64,000 bases of DNA from Candidatus Eiseniibacteriota bacterium. Its GTDB lineage: Bacteria; Eisenbacteria; RBG-16-71-46; CAIMUX01; VGJL01. Below the pieces are notes generated by a model that worked only from the letters and a program-made list of their open reading frames with translations, was not told the origin of the DNA and searched no databases. The translations under genes were made by a program, and so were the position numbers. The stretch is taken from NCBI GenBank assembly GCA_963792585.1, contig CAWBWI010000006.1, positions 64,001 through 128,000 on the forward strand, in the 5' to 3' direction. Of this stretch, positions 1 to 9,186 are shown in pieces. The stretch's first letter is position 1, and each line of letters opens with the position of its first letter.

Positions 1-594
1 CTACGACTTCTTCATCCGGCGACGCCTAATCCCAACCGCCCCGAGTCCCAATAGCAGCAGGGTTGTGAGTGTCGTGGGCTCCGGCACCACACCGGGATCC
101 CAGTCCTCTCGAGCGAGAGATCGCCCATAGTAGCCCGACCCAATCGCAACCATGGACTTCCCCGAGAATACGAATGCGGAATCCTTCGTGAGAACAAACG
201 CCTCATTCCAGACACCGTGGCTATAGCTTGTCCAGATCGTGTACAGAGGGTCAGTGGGCGTGTCCGCAAACTTTGCGGTCCAAGCAAGATCACCTTGCGG
301 GCCGATCGGCGTGCCCGCCATGCCCTGCACAAACGTCGGTGTCGAGTAGGGTACCGTCCAAGAACTCCCTAGGGTCATTCCCGGGATATCAAAATTCTGG
401 GAGCCGGTAGCCGGAATTATGTCGCCACGAAAAGCGTCCATCGTCAGGAGTCCATCGTTATTCCAGAAGAAGCCGGTCAACGACCAGCTGCCACCGGGTA
501 CCTCAATCGCGTCTCCAACAAAGAAGGCGCCAGCGGGGTTCGCCAGTACCGATAGCGCGACAACGAGCATGGTGAGACGACACACGGACTTCAT
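1..594 (-). CDS. PEP-CTERM sorting-domain surface protein (197 aa)
   Basis: ATG at 594 with AGGAGG RBS (601-606); signal peptide MKSVCRLTMLVVALSVLANPAGA; C-terminus VPEPTTLTTLLLLGLGAVGIRRRRMKKS (PEP, TM helix, basic tail). Confidence 0.93.
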   Translation of the reverse strand: MKSVCRLTMLVVALSVLANPAGAFFVGDAIEVPGGSWSLTGFFWNNDGLLTMDAFRGDIIPATGSQNFDIPGMTLGSSWTVPYSTPTFVQGMAGTPIGPQGDLAWTAKFADTPTDPLYTIWTSYSHGVWNEAFVLTKDSAFVFSGKSMVAIGSGYYGRSLAREDWDPGVVPEPTTLTTLLLLGLGAVGIRRRRMKKS

Positions 595-646
595 CTTTGG
601 CCTCCTCTGCCGCAAGGCTGCATGAACCGTCACCAGCGGTTGATCT

Positions 647-663
647 AAGCATGTAACGTGCCA
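647..663 (-). promoter_or_regulatory. sigma54 -24/-12 promoter
   Basis: Minus strand TGGCACGTTACATGCTT, GG-N10-GC spacing, ~55 bp upstream of the PEP-CTERM start. Confidence 0.8.
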
Positions 664-758
664 CCCCCCGAAGACGAGGGGCATGCCTCTAACTCCATTT
701 ACAAGAGAGAGTTGGACCGAGCCCACAACCTGCGTGGGAGCACCATGGGTCGGACGAT

Positions 759-775
759 TGTCAGGAAGACCGACA
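759..775. promoter_or_regulatory. candidate enhancer (PrsR-type UAS)
   Basis: TGTCAGGAAGACCGACA, TGT-N11-ACA dyad ~100 bp upstream of the sigma54 site; same motif recurs at 15121, 15188, 58700. Confidence 0.6.
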
Positions 776-930
776 GGAGCAGCTCTCAACAGGAGGTTGA
801 CTCTGCTAACTCATTGCTATTCATTACATTGTCTTGGATTGAAGAGTGTAGCGCTGGGGCCTCAGCTTGACAGTCTGCTCATGTTCATGGGGCAATCCAC
901 TGCCCGTACTCCGCCAGGACCCCGGAATTC

Positions 931-2011
931 CTAAGGTGAGTGGGGGTGTGTCGGATCTTGTCGATCACGAGCTCCGAGTCGAGGAACCCTGAAGCGGCGG
1001 AACTCCGGGAGGCCCTTCCAGAAACCAGCCAGGAGTCCCAGGTAGATCGTGAGGAAGGCCAGGACCGTTCTTGCCGCAGACGCAGGTGCCCCTCGGTTCA
1101 ATCGGAGGCTCTCGCCCAAGATCAATAGGAGCCACGTCGCAACAGGAACTCCAAGGAAGTACACAAACGGCCTGAGACCCGCAGCAACGAGCACTCCGAC
1201 TGCCAAGAGGAGAAACCCGGTCATACCGACCAGCGGCCAGGGAATGAGGTCGGGATGGCGCGCCATGAGCCGAGCGCGTCCCCTACCGTAGCGGAACATC
1301 TGACGAAACAAGCCCCGGAGGCTCGCCCGTGGACGGTAGTCTATCCGCAGATCCGGATGGCGATAGGCCGAGAATCCCGCCTCTGCTACGCGGTGATTGA
1401 ACTCTACATCCTCGCAGGCATCAAAGCGCTCGTCGTATCCCCCAAGTTGCTCGATGACGCCCCTCCCATATGCCGCCCCGGCCGTGCGCGGATCTGTGAA
1501 ACCGGGCGTTCCACCGAAGATGTCCGAGCGATAGTTGTGGCCAAGCCACGAATGTCGGGCCGCGGAGATCGCCGCGGCCCACTTGGACTCAGCCAGGGTA
1601 TCCAGGTACTGCGGGCGACATAGACACGCGGCGCCGGTCGTCTGGAACAGGTCCAGAACACGCACAAAGTAGTCGTCTCTAGGGATCGAACAGTGTCCAT
1701 CCAAGATAGAGCACGTAGGTCCCACGCGCCGTGCGGGCTCCGACGTTTCTCCCGGAACTGCTCAACTTGCCTGGATTCGCGAGCAAATGCAGATTGGGAT
1801 GGGTGCCGGCAAGATCTTGGACGATCCGCCGCGTGTCGTCGGAGGACCCCCCGTCCACAACCAGAACCTCGTAGCCACCAAGTGGCTCGCGCTGCCCGAA
1901 GATCTCCCCGAGCACCCGCCCAATGTCCCGCTCCTCGTTTAGAACGGGCAGCACGACCGAGAGCACCAGAGCGCGGCCCCGATCAGGCAGGGAGATCGGC
2001 CGGCTTCCCAT
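931..2011 (-). CDS. GT2 glycosyltransferase (ExoA-like), split by one frameshift near 1700
   Basis: N-part SVVLPVLNEE..VVDGGSSDDT..RNVG (ORF 1679-2062) joins C-part LDGHC..GGYDERFDACEDVEFNHR (ORF 931-1725) if one base is removed from TATCTTGGATGG. Confidence 0.85.
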
Positions 2012-2726
2012 CTCCTCCGTCGCCGTTCCCGGGGGACTTGTGATAGCCGTATCCATAACCATACCCGTAGCCGTATCCCGAACTAGCGTGATCCGGAATG
2101 GCCTCCTGGAGGTTCCCGACGACGAGGCCGAGGATCTTTGTCTCCATTCCCAGGCAGATTTCCCGCGCCCGACTCAGCTGCTGCCGTGTCGTCCGCCCAG
2201 CCATGGCCATCAGGATGGCGCCGTCGACGAACGGCAGCAGGCCGGCGGTGTCCGCCACCGGAAGAAGGGCCGGGGCGTCGAGGAGGATGAGGTCGTAACG
2301 CTTGCGGATCTCGTCAAAGATGTCTCCGAGCACGGAGCTCCGGAATAGCAGTCCGGGGTCTTCGCCTTGTGGTCCGGGTAGCAGAAGACTGAGGTTCGTC
2401 AGCTCGGTGGCGATGATAGCTTCCGCGACGGTGCGCTCTCCGCGGAGGACTTCACCGAGAGTCACCGGGACATCAACCTCGAAGTGCTTGTTGAGCGACG
2501 GCTCCCTGAAATCGAGATCCACCGCAAGAATGGATCGATCGGGGTGGACCCCAAGGGCGCCCGCAAGACATGCGACCGTGGTACTTTTCCCCTCCTCCCG
2601 TCCCGCGCTGGTCACCAGGATGATCTTGATGTTCTCAGCCCGACTCTTGCGCCAGAGCCGCGCTTCCAGCTTGTGGACCTCGGTCGCCAGTAGCCAGTCC
2701 TGCTCCAGTCTATCGTTGATCTTCAT
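1983..2726 (-). CDS. CpsD/CapB-family bacterial tyrosine kinase (Wzc cytoplasmic domain)
   Basis: Walker A SAGREEGKST, VDLDFREP, LLDAPA, C-terminal YGYGYGYGYGY tyrosine cluster. Confidence 0.92.
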   Translation of the reverse strand: MKINDRLEQDWLLATEVHKLEARLWRKSRAENIKIILVTSAGREEGKSTTVACLAGALGVHPDRSILAVDLDFREPSLNKHFEVDVPVTLGEVLRGERTVAEAIIATELTNLSLLLPGPQGEDPGLLFRSSVLGDIFDEIRKRYDLILLDAPALLPVADTAGLLPFVDGAILMAMAGRTTRQQLSRAREICLGMETKILGLVVGNLQEAIPDHASSGYGYGYGYGYGYHKSPGNGDGGDGKPADLPA

Positions 2727-4386
2727 CCGTGTCCTTATCCGGGCTGATCACGTTCACGGGCGTGCCCTTCGTCCACACGTGCAGAAGTAGTTGATCCTTC
2801 ACGGCATATACTGTCGCGGCGAGCAGCAACACGAGGGCGACACTCGCCGGTACCCAATGGCGACGCAGCCACTTCCGACGCGTTGTCAACCGACTAAGTA
2901 GAGGTGTGGTGCCCAGGATTGGTTCCGGGACGACCCGGGAGAAGTCCTCCAGAGTTCGAAGCGTCGAATCGGCTGCCTCACCCAGGAATGCCATGCCGGC
3001 GCCCAGGATCGGGCCGAGCATTAGCGAGGCCAGGAGGATCTTGGTTTTGTTCGGATGGCTCGGTTTCAGCGGTCGGTTTGCGGGATCCAGGATCTCGATC
3101 TGCATGCCAAGCTTGGTGATCTCGACCGCGCGGCTCACATCGCTCGCGACCATCTGGGACTGGAACGATTGGAGTAGCTTCCGGTTCGTCTCGACTTCGG
3201 CGCCGAGTCGCGCCAGTTCGATCTGGCCCCCGGGAGTCGATTCAACCCGCTGCTTGGACCTGTCCATGGAGGCTTGCAGCGCATCCGCGGCTGACTTCTG
3301 CGCCTCCAGATCTAGCTGGGAGAAGAGGTATTTCGCGACCGTCGCCACCTGATCTGGGTTCGATTCCGCGTAGCGGGCGTCGACCTCGAGTTCCACCTGA
3401 TGCAGCAGGTTCCTACGGATGCTGGCATACGCTCCCTGGGGAGGCCACGCACCCAGATCTCCGACCGGCGCCCCGAGTCGGTTCATGACCTCATTCGTCA
3501 GTGCCGACTTCAGTCCCGTGGCGAGTTCTCGGACCTTCGCGCTCCCGAAAACAGCCCCCGAGTGATCCTCGAGACCGAGGGAGGCGACATTCTCTCCGTA
3601 TTCTTTCAGCCGGACACGCGTCATTGCGGCTTCGTCCGCTACCTTGCGAGAAAACGACTCGGCATAGGTGAGGTTTTCAGGACGTACGGTGCTCTGCCCC
3701 AGATCCCTCTGGATCAGAGACTGCTGGTAGCGCTCCAGTGCGTCCTCGGATTGCTGGAGCCGTTGTTCATAGATATGAAGCTGCTCCGCGCCAAACGTAT
3801 GTGCCGACTTGATCAGATCGATGTTCCTCTGGTTCGACGCGTCCACGAAGATCTCGGTAATCCACTTGGCGATGAGCTGGGCATTCTCCGGGCTGTAATC
3901 CGCGACCGTGACCTTGTAGATCCCTTGTCCCGAGCTCCCAAAGCGGATGCGCGACTGGAGATTCTCGACGAGGATCCGAATCGCCATCTCGTTCAGGCCC
4001 ACGTCGGACTTGCGTTTCTTCAACTCATTTGAGGCGCGTTCGCGAATGATCGGATCCTCATTCATCTTGAGGATCCGGATGACGCGCTCGAGGAATGGAC
4101 GGCTCCGGATTCGCCCGACCATCTTCGCCATCCGCGCTTGATCCATCCCATACCCGTTCGGCGTCTCCATGATGCCGCCCCGGACCTTCTCCAGTTCACT
4201 GGACAGGAGCTGGCTGTCCTCGATCATCAATGTCGACTCGGACTCATAAGTCTTTGGTACGAACTCGAGGGCGATCAATGTGGAACTGAGGCAGAGCACC
4301 CAACAGAGAAGGATGATCCCTTTCCTACGCCATGCCATCCGCAGGTATTGCTTGATATTGACGGACTTATCGAGACTCGAAGTCAT
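2710..4386 (-). CDS. polysaccharide co-polymerase / chain-length determinant (Wzz/Wzc membrane part)
   Basis: N-terminal TM plus PKTYESESTL, long coiled coil, ILDPANRPLKPSHP followed by TM; adjacent to BY-kinase. Confidence 0.9.
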   Translation of the reverse strand: MTSSLDKSVNIKQYLRMAWRRKGIILLCWVLCLSSTLIALEFVPKTYESESTLMIEDSQLLSSELEKVRGGIMETPNGYGMDQARMAKMVGRIRSRPFLERVIRILKMNEDPIIRERASNELKKRKSDVGLNEMAIRILVENLQSRIRFGSSGQGIYKVTVADYSPENAQLIAKWITEIFVDASNQRNIDLIKSAHTFGAEQLHIYEQRLQQSEDALERYQQSLIQRDLGQSTVRPENLTYAESFSRKVADEAAMTRVRLKEYGENVASLGLEDHSGAVFGSAKVRELATGLKSALTNEVMNRLGAPVGDLGAWPPQGAYASIRRNLLHQVELEVDARYAESNPDQVATVAKYLFSQLDLEAQKSAADALQASMDRSKQRVESTPGGQIELARLGAEVETNRKLLQSFQSQMVASDVSRAVEITKLGMQIEILDPANRPLKPSHPNKTKILLASLMLGPILGAGMAFLGEAADSTLRTLEDFSRVVPEPILGTTPLLSRLTTRRKWLRRHWVPASVALVLLLAATVYAVKDQLLLHVWTKGTPVNVISPDKDTDEDQR

Positions 4387-4404
4387 GTCGTCCTCGCGTT
4401 GTCG

Positions 4405-5364
4405 CTAGCGCGTGATCGCGATGAGGCTGACGGCCGCCGTTGCGAGTGAGACGAGCGGCGCCAGTCCCACGACCCCCTGGAAGAACGCCAGCACGGTCGA
4501 GCGTTGTTGAGGAATGCTGATCGTGTCGCCCGGCTTGAGCTTCAGGTTCGCCGAGGGTTGGCCGTCCGCAAGATAACGCTTCAAATCAAGAGTGTACGAG
4601 CACGTCCCTTGAGAACCAGGCCGTGTAAGTAGAGTCTTGCTCAGGTCAGCGTCCGGAAGTTGTCCACCCGCCGCCGAGATCGCCTCGACCACGGTCGAAG
4701 CGGTCTGGATCTTGTAGCTGCCGGGATTCCTCACGGCTCCCAAGACTTGAAACTTGTCTCCCGTGACGGCATTCTCCGTGGCGCTTGGGACGATGATGGT
4801 GTCCTTCGGTCCGAGGACCGGCAGCTTGCTCGCATCCGTCTGATCGATCCCCTTGGAAAGATCGACGGTCACGGTTCGCTCCGTCCCCTTCTGTTCGTCA
4901 CTGTGGACGATCTGGACGTGAGTGAGATCCGCGAGCGGGGTCGCGCCGCCCGCCTTCAGTAGAACCTCCCAAAGCCCCGGGATGACTCGGAAGCCCTGCC
5001 GGCCCGGGTCTCGCACCTCTCCCACCACGGTCACACTCAGGCTGTTGTACTGGAGAATCGTGACGAGGATCTCCGTGATCTGGGAATCGACGAGTTGATA
5101 GCGCTCGGTGAGGTACTTGCCCAGGTCCGCCGGCGTTCTGCCGGCGGCCTCGACAGCTCCCACGAGAGGGAGTGACACCTTGCCCGACTCATCCAGAACG
5201 GCATCCGTCGTCAGATCCGCCCGACCCCACGCCTGGATTCGGATCACGTCTTCAGCGCCGAGCCGGTACTCATCAACCGCTGCCTTGGATGCCCCTTCGG
5301 CCGCCCAACAAGGGGATGCCAGACCCGCAAGCAGGAGTGCCACGAGGCCGAGTCTTCGTATCAC
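4405..5364 (-). CDS. wza: polysaccharide export protein with SLBB domains (Wza-like)
   Basis: YRLGAEDVIRI, GKVSLPLVGAVEAAGRT, VVGEVRDPG and VLGAVRNPGSY SLBB repeats. Confidence 0.88.
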   Translation of the reverse strand: MIRRLGLVALLLAGLASPCWAAEGASKAAVDEYRLGAEDVIRIQAWGRADLTTDAVLDESGKVSLPLVGAVEAAGRTPADLGKYLTERYQLVDSQITEILVTILQYNSLSVTVVGEVRDPGRQGFRVIPGLWEVLLKAGGATPLADLTHVQIVHSDEQKGTERTVTVDLSKGIDQTDASKLPVLGPKDTIIVPSATENAVTGDKFQVLGAVRNPGSYKIQTASTVVEAISAAGGQLPDADLSKTLLTRPGSQGTCSYTLDLKRYLADGQPSANLKLKPGDTISIPQQRSTVLAFFQGVVGLAPLVSLATAAVSLIAITR

Positions 5365-6179
5365 TATCGGGCCCCTCTCCCCCGAACCACCACGTCAAGT
5401 GTTCTCAGTAGAATCTTCACATCCAACAAGGGGCACTTGTTCTTGACGTAGTACAGGTCGTACTTGAGCTTCTTCTTCACATCATCGATGTTGCCGTCGT
5501 AGTTGCGCTCGATCTGCGCGAGACCGGTGATCCCCGGCGGGACGCGAAGGCGGGCCGGGTACTCGGGAATCTCGTCCGTGAGCCTGCAAACGAAATGCGG
5601 CCGCTCCGGACGCGGGCCGATCAGCGACATGGTCCCCTGCGCAACGTTGATGAGCTGCGGCAGTTCGTCGAGCCTCAAGTGCCGCAGGATGCACCCAAAT
5701 CTCGTGACCCTGGGATCCCTCTCGGCAGCCCAGACCGGGCCGGTGAGCTTCTCGGCGTTTGGGACCATGGTGCGGAACTTGTAGATCCAGAAGATCTGGC
5801 CAGCTCCTGGGCTCTTCCGTCGATCCACGGAGCCCTGAAACCCCGAATCCGGACTGGCACTGCGCCTGCGGTCGAGTCCCACCCGCTCCTGTCGATAGAG
5901 GATCGGCCCCCCCCATGAGGTCAGCTTCACCCCAACGGCGATCAAGAGCATCAATGGGGATGCAACCACGAGCCCCAGCATCGCCAGCGCCCGCTCCCCG
6001 GCTCCTACAGCCGGACAGAGAGGGGCGGGTTCCTGCGCGATCACTGCGGGTGGCGCGGGCAACTCCGACCATGGACGGAAGTTGAAATCTGCCTGCTTCT
6101 CTTCTGTAGTCTGCGGCGTCGCTCGACGCCTGGATCCACGATTCTCTGTAGCAACGATCATGGAATACCTCACATTCAT
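5364..6179 (-). CDS. priming sugar transferase (Bac_transf, undecaprenyl-phosphate glycosyl-phosphotransferase)
   Basis: YKFRTM, DPRVTRFG, LDELPQL, MSLIGPRPE, PGITGLAQ, DLYYV. Confidence 0.94.
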   Translation of the reverse strand: MNVRYSMIVATENRGSRRRATPQTTEEKQADFNFRPWSELPAPPAVIAQEPAPLCPAVGAGERALAMLGLVVASPLMLLIAVGVKLTSWGGPILYRQERVGLDRRRSASPDSGFQGSVDRRKSPGAGQIFWIYKFRTMVPNAEKLTGPVWAAERDPRVTRFGCILRHLRLDELPQLINVAQGTMSLIGPRPERPHFVCRLTDEIPEYPARLRVPPGITGLAQIERNYDGNIDDVKKKLKYDLYYVKNKCPLLDVKILLRTLDVVVRGRGAR

Positions 6180-8068
6180 GGAGATGTTTGGATCGAGACT
6201 GTATTGCTTCCTGTCGACTTGGCCTCCGTGGCATCGTCAAACACGAACACGCGGTAGTAGTAACGCTTCCCCTTCTCGAGCTCCCGGTCTCGGAACGTGG
6301 TGGAGCTCTTCTCGTCGATCTCCACTACCTTCGTCGACCCGGTCGTGACCGTGGCAACCTCGTCCCGGTAGAGGCCGTAGCGCGCAAAGTCATGCGCGTC
6401 GCTCGCGCTCCACGAGAGGGTTGCCGCCGTGGTATCGACCTGGGTCGCCTCGTTCAAGGAAACGGCCGGAGGCGCTTCGTTCTTCGTGAAGACCTCGACT
6501 TCGTTACTGGGAGTCCTCAGCCCGCCCTCGTCGACGACATAGACCCTGTAGTGGTGGGCGGTATTCTCGATGAGATCCGTCTGGACAAAAAGGGTGCGAC
6601 CGGCATCGGTCGCTTCGAGAAGAAGCGGGTCCGTTTCATCAACGGCGCCCTCATCGCTGCCGTAGAGACGATACGACTGGAAGTCGGTCTCACTGGAACG
6701 GCCCCACTGAATCGCGATCCGGGTCGGGCCCGTGGCAGAGCCGCTTTCGATGGTGACCGCCGCGGGGTTCCGGAGATTCGGGATCCGTATGTCGAGGACA
6801 TTGGAGCCTGCTTCCGATCCCGCCGTGTCCTGGACATAGACCCTGTAGTAGTACCTGCGTCCCTCGACGACCTGTGTGTCCTGTCCCTCGAGGGTGGACG
6901 CGCTCTGGACCGTGGCCACCAGCCTGCCCGTAGAATCGACCGCGGCGGTCTCACCCCGGAAGAGGCGGTACGCGGAGAACCCTGTTTCGTCGAACAGACT
7001 CCAGTGGAGGGTCACGGAGGCCGCGGCCGGCGGTTCCGCCAGATCCGCTCCGGTCAAGGTGACCGGCTTCAACGCGGGTCGGACGGTGAGAAGTTGCGAT
7101 GCCGCGACACTCGTGGCCGTGTTGCCGGCCTCATCGGTGAACGAACCGTGGACTTGTGCCCGCGTCACCGGTTCTTTGGACGAGAGAACTCGGTCTCCTT
7201 CGTAGGTTCCATCTCCGGCCGTCGGATCTCCTCCGGTCCCGTCGTCGTACAGCGACACGTTGTCGAGAATGCTGTCCACGCTGATGGTCGCGGTACCCCG
7301 GGTCTCTCCCGCGATGATTCGGAAATGGACCGTGTCCCCGGGACGGCGGGTCGTGGGGCCGTCGAAGGTCACGGCATGAATCGCGGCCTTCGTGTCGAGG
7401 GTGATCGTGTCCGAGGTCGCCAGACTGATCGACCCGTCCTCGAACCGGAACTCCGCATAGACCGTCTTGAGTCCATCATCGGCACTCAGTTGCCACTGAA
7501 GCTGACCGCTCGTGGCATTCCACGGCCGGTCGAAATGCGCCGCATCCTCCGTGCATCGGACCGCCACAGCGGAAGGAGCGTTGTAGCCGACTGTGATGAG
7601 CCGATCCTTCGTGAGAGGCCGGTCGTCTGCGAGAACGATGGAGTGAATCCCCGGGCGCGCCTCGATCTCCTCGGTGCGACGACTGAGCCGCCCGTTTCGA
7701 GATGCGGAAACCCGATAGATATACGTCTGTCCGTTACGAACCCTCGTGTCCCTGTACTCCGGCGATTGGACCTTCGAGAGAACTCGCTCCTCCTCTTCCG
7801 AAGGCATGCCGGGCGCCCGCCGCAGGACGTTGTACTCGTCGGCCGACTCCCCGTTGGGCATCCGCCAGGTCAATCGCACGACGGCATCCCCAACCGCGAC
7901 CCGGACCGAGTCGGGGACAGAGACTCCCGTACCTTGCGCAGGATCGTAGGGGTTGTCGTAGACCGGTTCCTGCCGGTCCACGCTGCACGCGGCAGAGAGA
8001 AGGCCGAGACACAACCATGGAAGGAGATGCAGCCGCCTACGCTTGAGGAATCGCACCGAGGTGATCAT
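6176..8068 (-). CDS. fibronectin type III repeat lipoprotein with choice-of-anchor-X-like motif
   Basis: ATG at 8068 overlapping upstream stop; lipobox LSAAC; DNPYDP after the Cys; several FN3 units (YYYRVYV); LYDDGTGGDPTAGDGTYEG. Confidence 0.8.
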   Translation of the reverse strand: MITSVRFLKRRRLHLLPWLCLGLLSAACSVDRQEPVYDNPYDPAQGTGVSVPDSVRVAVGDAVVRLTWRMPNGESADEYNVLRRAPGMPSEEEERVLSKVQSPEYRDTRVRNGQTYIYRVSASRNGRLSRRTEEIEARPGIHSIVLADDRPLTKDRLITVGYNAPSAVAVRCTEDAAHFDRPWNATSGQLQWQLSADDGLKTVYAEFRFEDGSISLATSDTITLDTKAAIHAVTFDGPTTRRPGDTVHFRIIAGETRGTATISVDSILDNVSLYDDGTGGDPTAGDGTYEGDRVLSSKEPVTRAQVHGSFTDEAGNTATSVAASQLLTVRPALKPVTLTGADLAEPPAAASVTLHWSLFDETGFSAYRLFRGETAAVDSTGRLVATVQSASTLEGQDTQVVEGRRYYYRVYVQDTAGSEAGSNVLDIRIPNLRNPAAVTIESGSATGPTRIAIQWGRSSETDFQSYRLYGSDEGAVDETDPLLLEATDAGRTLFVQTDLIENTAHHYRVYVVDEGGLRTPSNEVEVFTKNEAPPAVSLNEATQVDTTAATLSWSASDAHDFARYGLYRDEVATVTTGSTKVVEIDEKSSTTFRDRELEKGKRYYYRVFVFDDATEAKSTGSNTVSIQTSP

Positions 8069-9186
8069 CTTCCCCCCAGGGTCGCCGTGACCCGGAACTG
8101 CTCGTGGTCGGGATTCCATGAAAGCTCCACGGGAACGCGGCCACCTCTGTGACCTGATCCAGACGCATCGAGGACGTTCCAGAGGTAGATCACTCCCGCA
8201 GCACTCGCGAGGGACCACGATAGGATCTCCATTCTGTCAGTTCGTCTGGCGGCATCTTGTAGCGCATCACGCGTTCTCCGAATCCCCTCCTCCGTGTCGG
8301 CGCTCAGATACCTCCGCTGCGCATCGGCCTGACTCGTGCGGGCATCGAGGAACTCGGAGTAGGCGAAGATCGTTCCGGCAGCCAGAGATCCGACTCCCGC
8401 GGCAAAGAGATTGGCCCGTCTCTCCTCACCCATGAACCGCTGGCCCGAACCCGGGATCAGAGCGCTCCGGAGGGAGTTCCGGAATCTGCCCGTCGGAGGG
8501 GGACTGATGAGGTATCCCCCATCCGCCTGGGCGCGCAGGTTCGGCCCCGGCGTGAGGACGACGGCCTCGAGGAAAGCGCCCAGCACCGTCGCCCCGGAAT
8601 AGATGATCCAGAGATTTCGCGATTCGCGGTGGTCCTTCACGGCGGCGGTTGCAATCTCCGATGAGAACCAGGCATTGCGGATTTCATCTTCGGAGACCGC
8701 GGATGCCAGATCCTGGGATGCGCGGCTCCGGTCATCTTCGGCATCCGACATCCGGCCGTGCGTGGTCACAGCCATGCTCGCGGACAGGGCGAAACCGCCA
8801 AGGAACACCCAGCCCCGCCGCTCACCACGGCTGACATGGAGAATACCCGGCGGCAGGAGCAGTGCGGTCGAACCCGCCCAGGGTCGCTGCTCGAACCCCT
8901 GATCCATGCGCAGCAGTCGGCCACGGACAAACGGCAGGCCCGGCTTACGGGCGTGAAGCTGATATTCCCCGATCGGCAGGTCCTGAAGGTCGAGAGGGGT
9001 ATTCCCCGAGAGTTTCGCGGGACCCTGAAGAGAGACGTTAATCCCAGTCGGATCCGACGAGAGAATCGACGATTCCGGTCCCGTCTCCGCGCCAAGGCAC
9101 GCGTTCGACGCGATCACCATGCAGAACAGAAAACATTCGAAAGTCAACCCCGCCACACCGCCCCCACGCAGCCTCCATCGTGTCAC
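8065..9186 (-). CDS. exported/membrane protein with PEGA-like domain and two tandem DUF5683-like modules
   Basis: SSDPTG..GNTPLDLQDLPIGEYQL (PEGA-like); duplicated module LLPPG..GERRG / LIPGSGQRFMGEERRA..YLWNVLDA. Confidence 0.65.
   Translation of the reverse strand: MTRWRLRGGGVAGLTFECFLFCMVIASNACLGAETGPESSILSSDPTGINVSLQGPAKLSGNTPLDLQDLPIGEYQLHARKPGLPFVRGRLLRMDQGFEQRPWAGSTALLLPPGILHVSRGERRGWVFLGGFALSASMAVTTHGRMSDAEDDRSRASQDLASAVSEDEIRNAWFSSEIATAAVKDHRESRNLWIIYSGATVLGAFLEAVVLTPGPNLRAQADGGYLISPPPTGRFRNSLRSALIPGSGQRFMGEERRANLFAAGVGSLAAGTIFAYSEFLDARTSQADAQRRYLSADTEEGIRRTRDALQDAARRTDRMEILSWSLASAAGVIYLWNVLDASGSGHRGGRVPVELSWNPDHEQFRVTATLGGR

Noticed and set aside
698..703. TTTACA resembling the classical PEP-CTERM box
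   Set aside because: Single half-site only ~35 bp from the promoter and not repeated at the other promoters
2046..2081. Short tandem repeat as a contingency locus
   Set aside because: Encodes the normal (GY)n tyrosine cluster of the BY-kinase with mixed codons
6188..8152. 654-aa plus-strand ORF, and similar long antisense ORFs such as 25263-26576 and 10135-11265
   Set aside because: Shadow frames of well-supported opposite-strand genes in high-GC DNA
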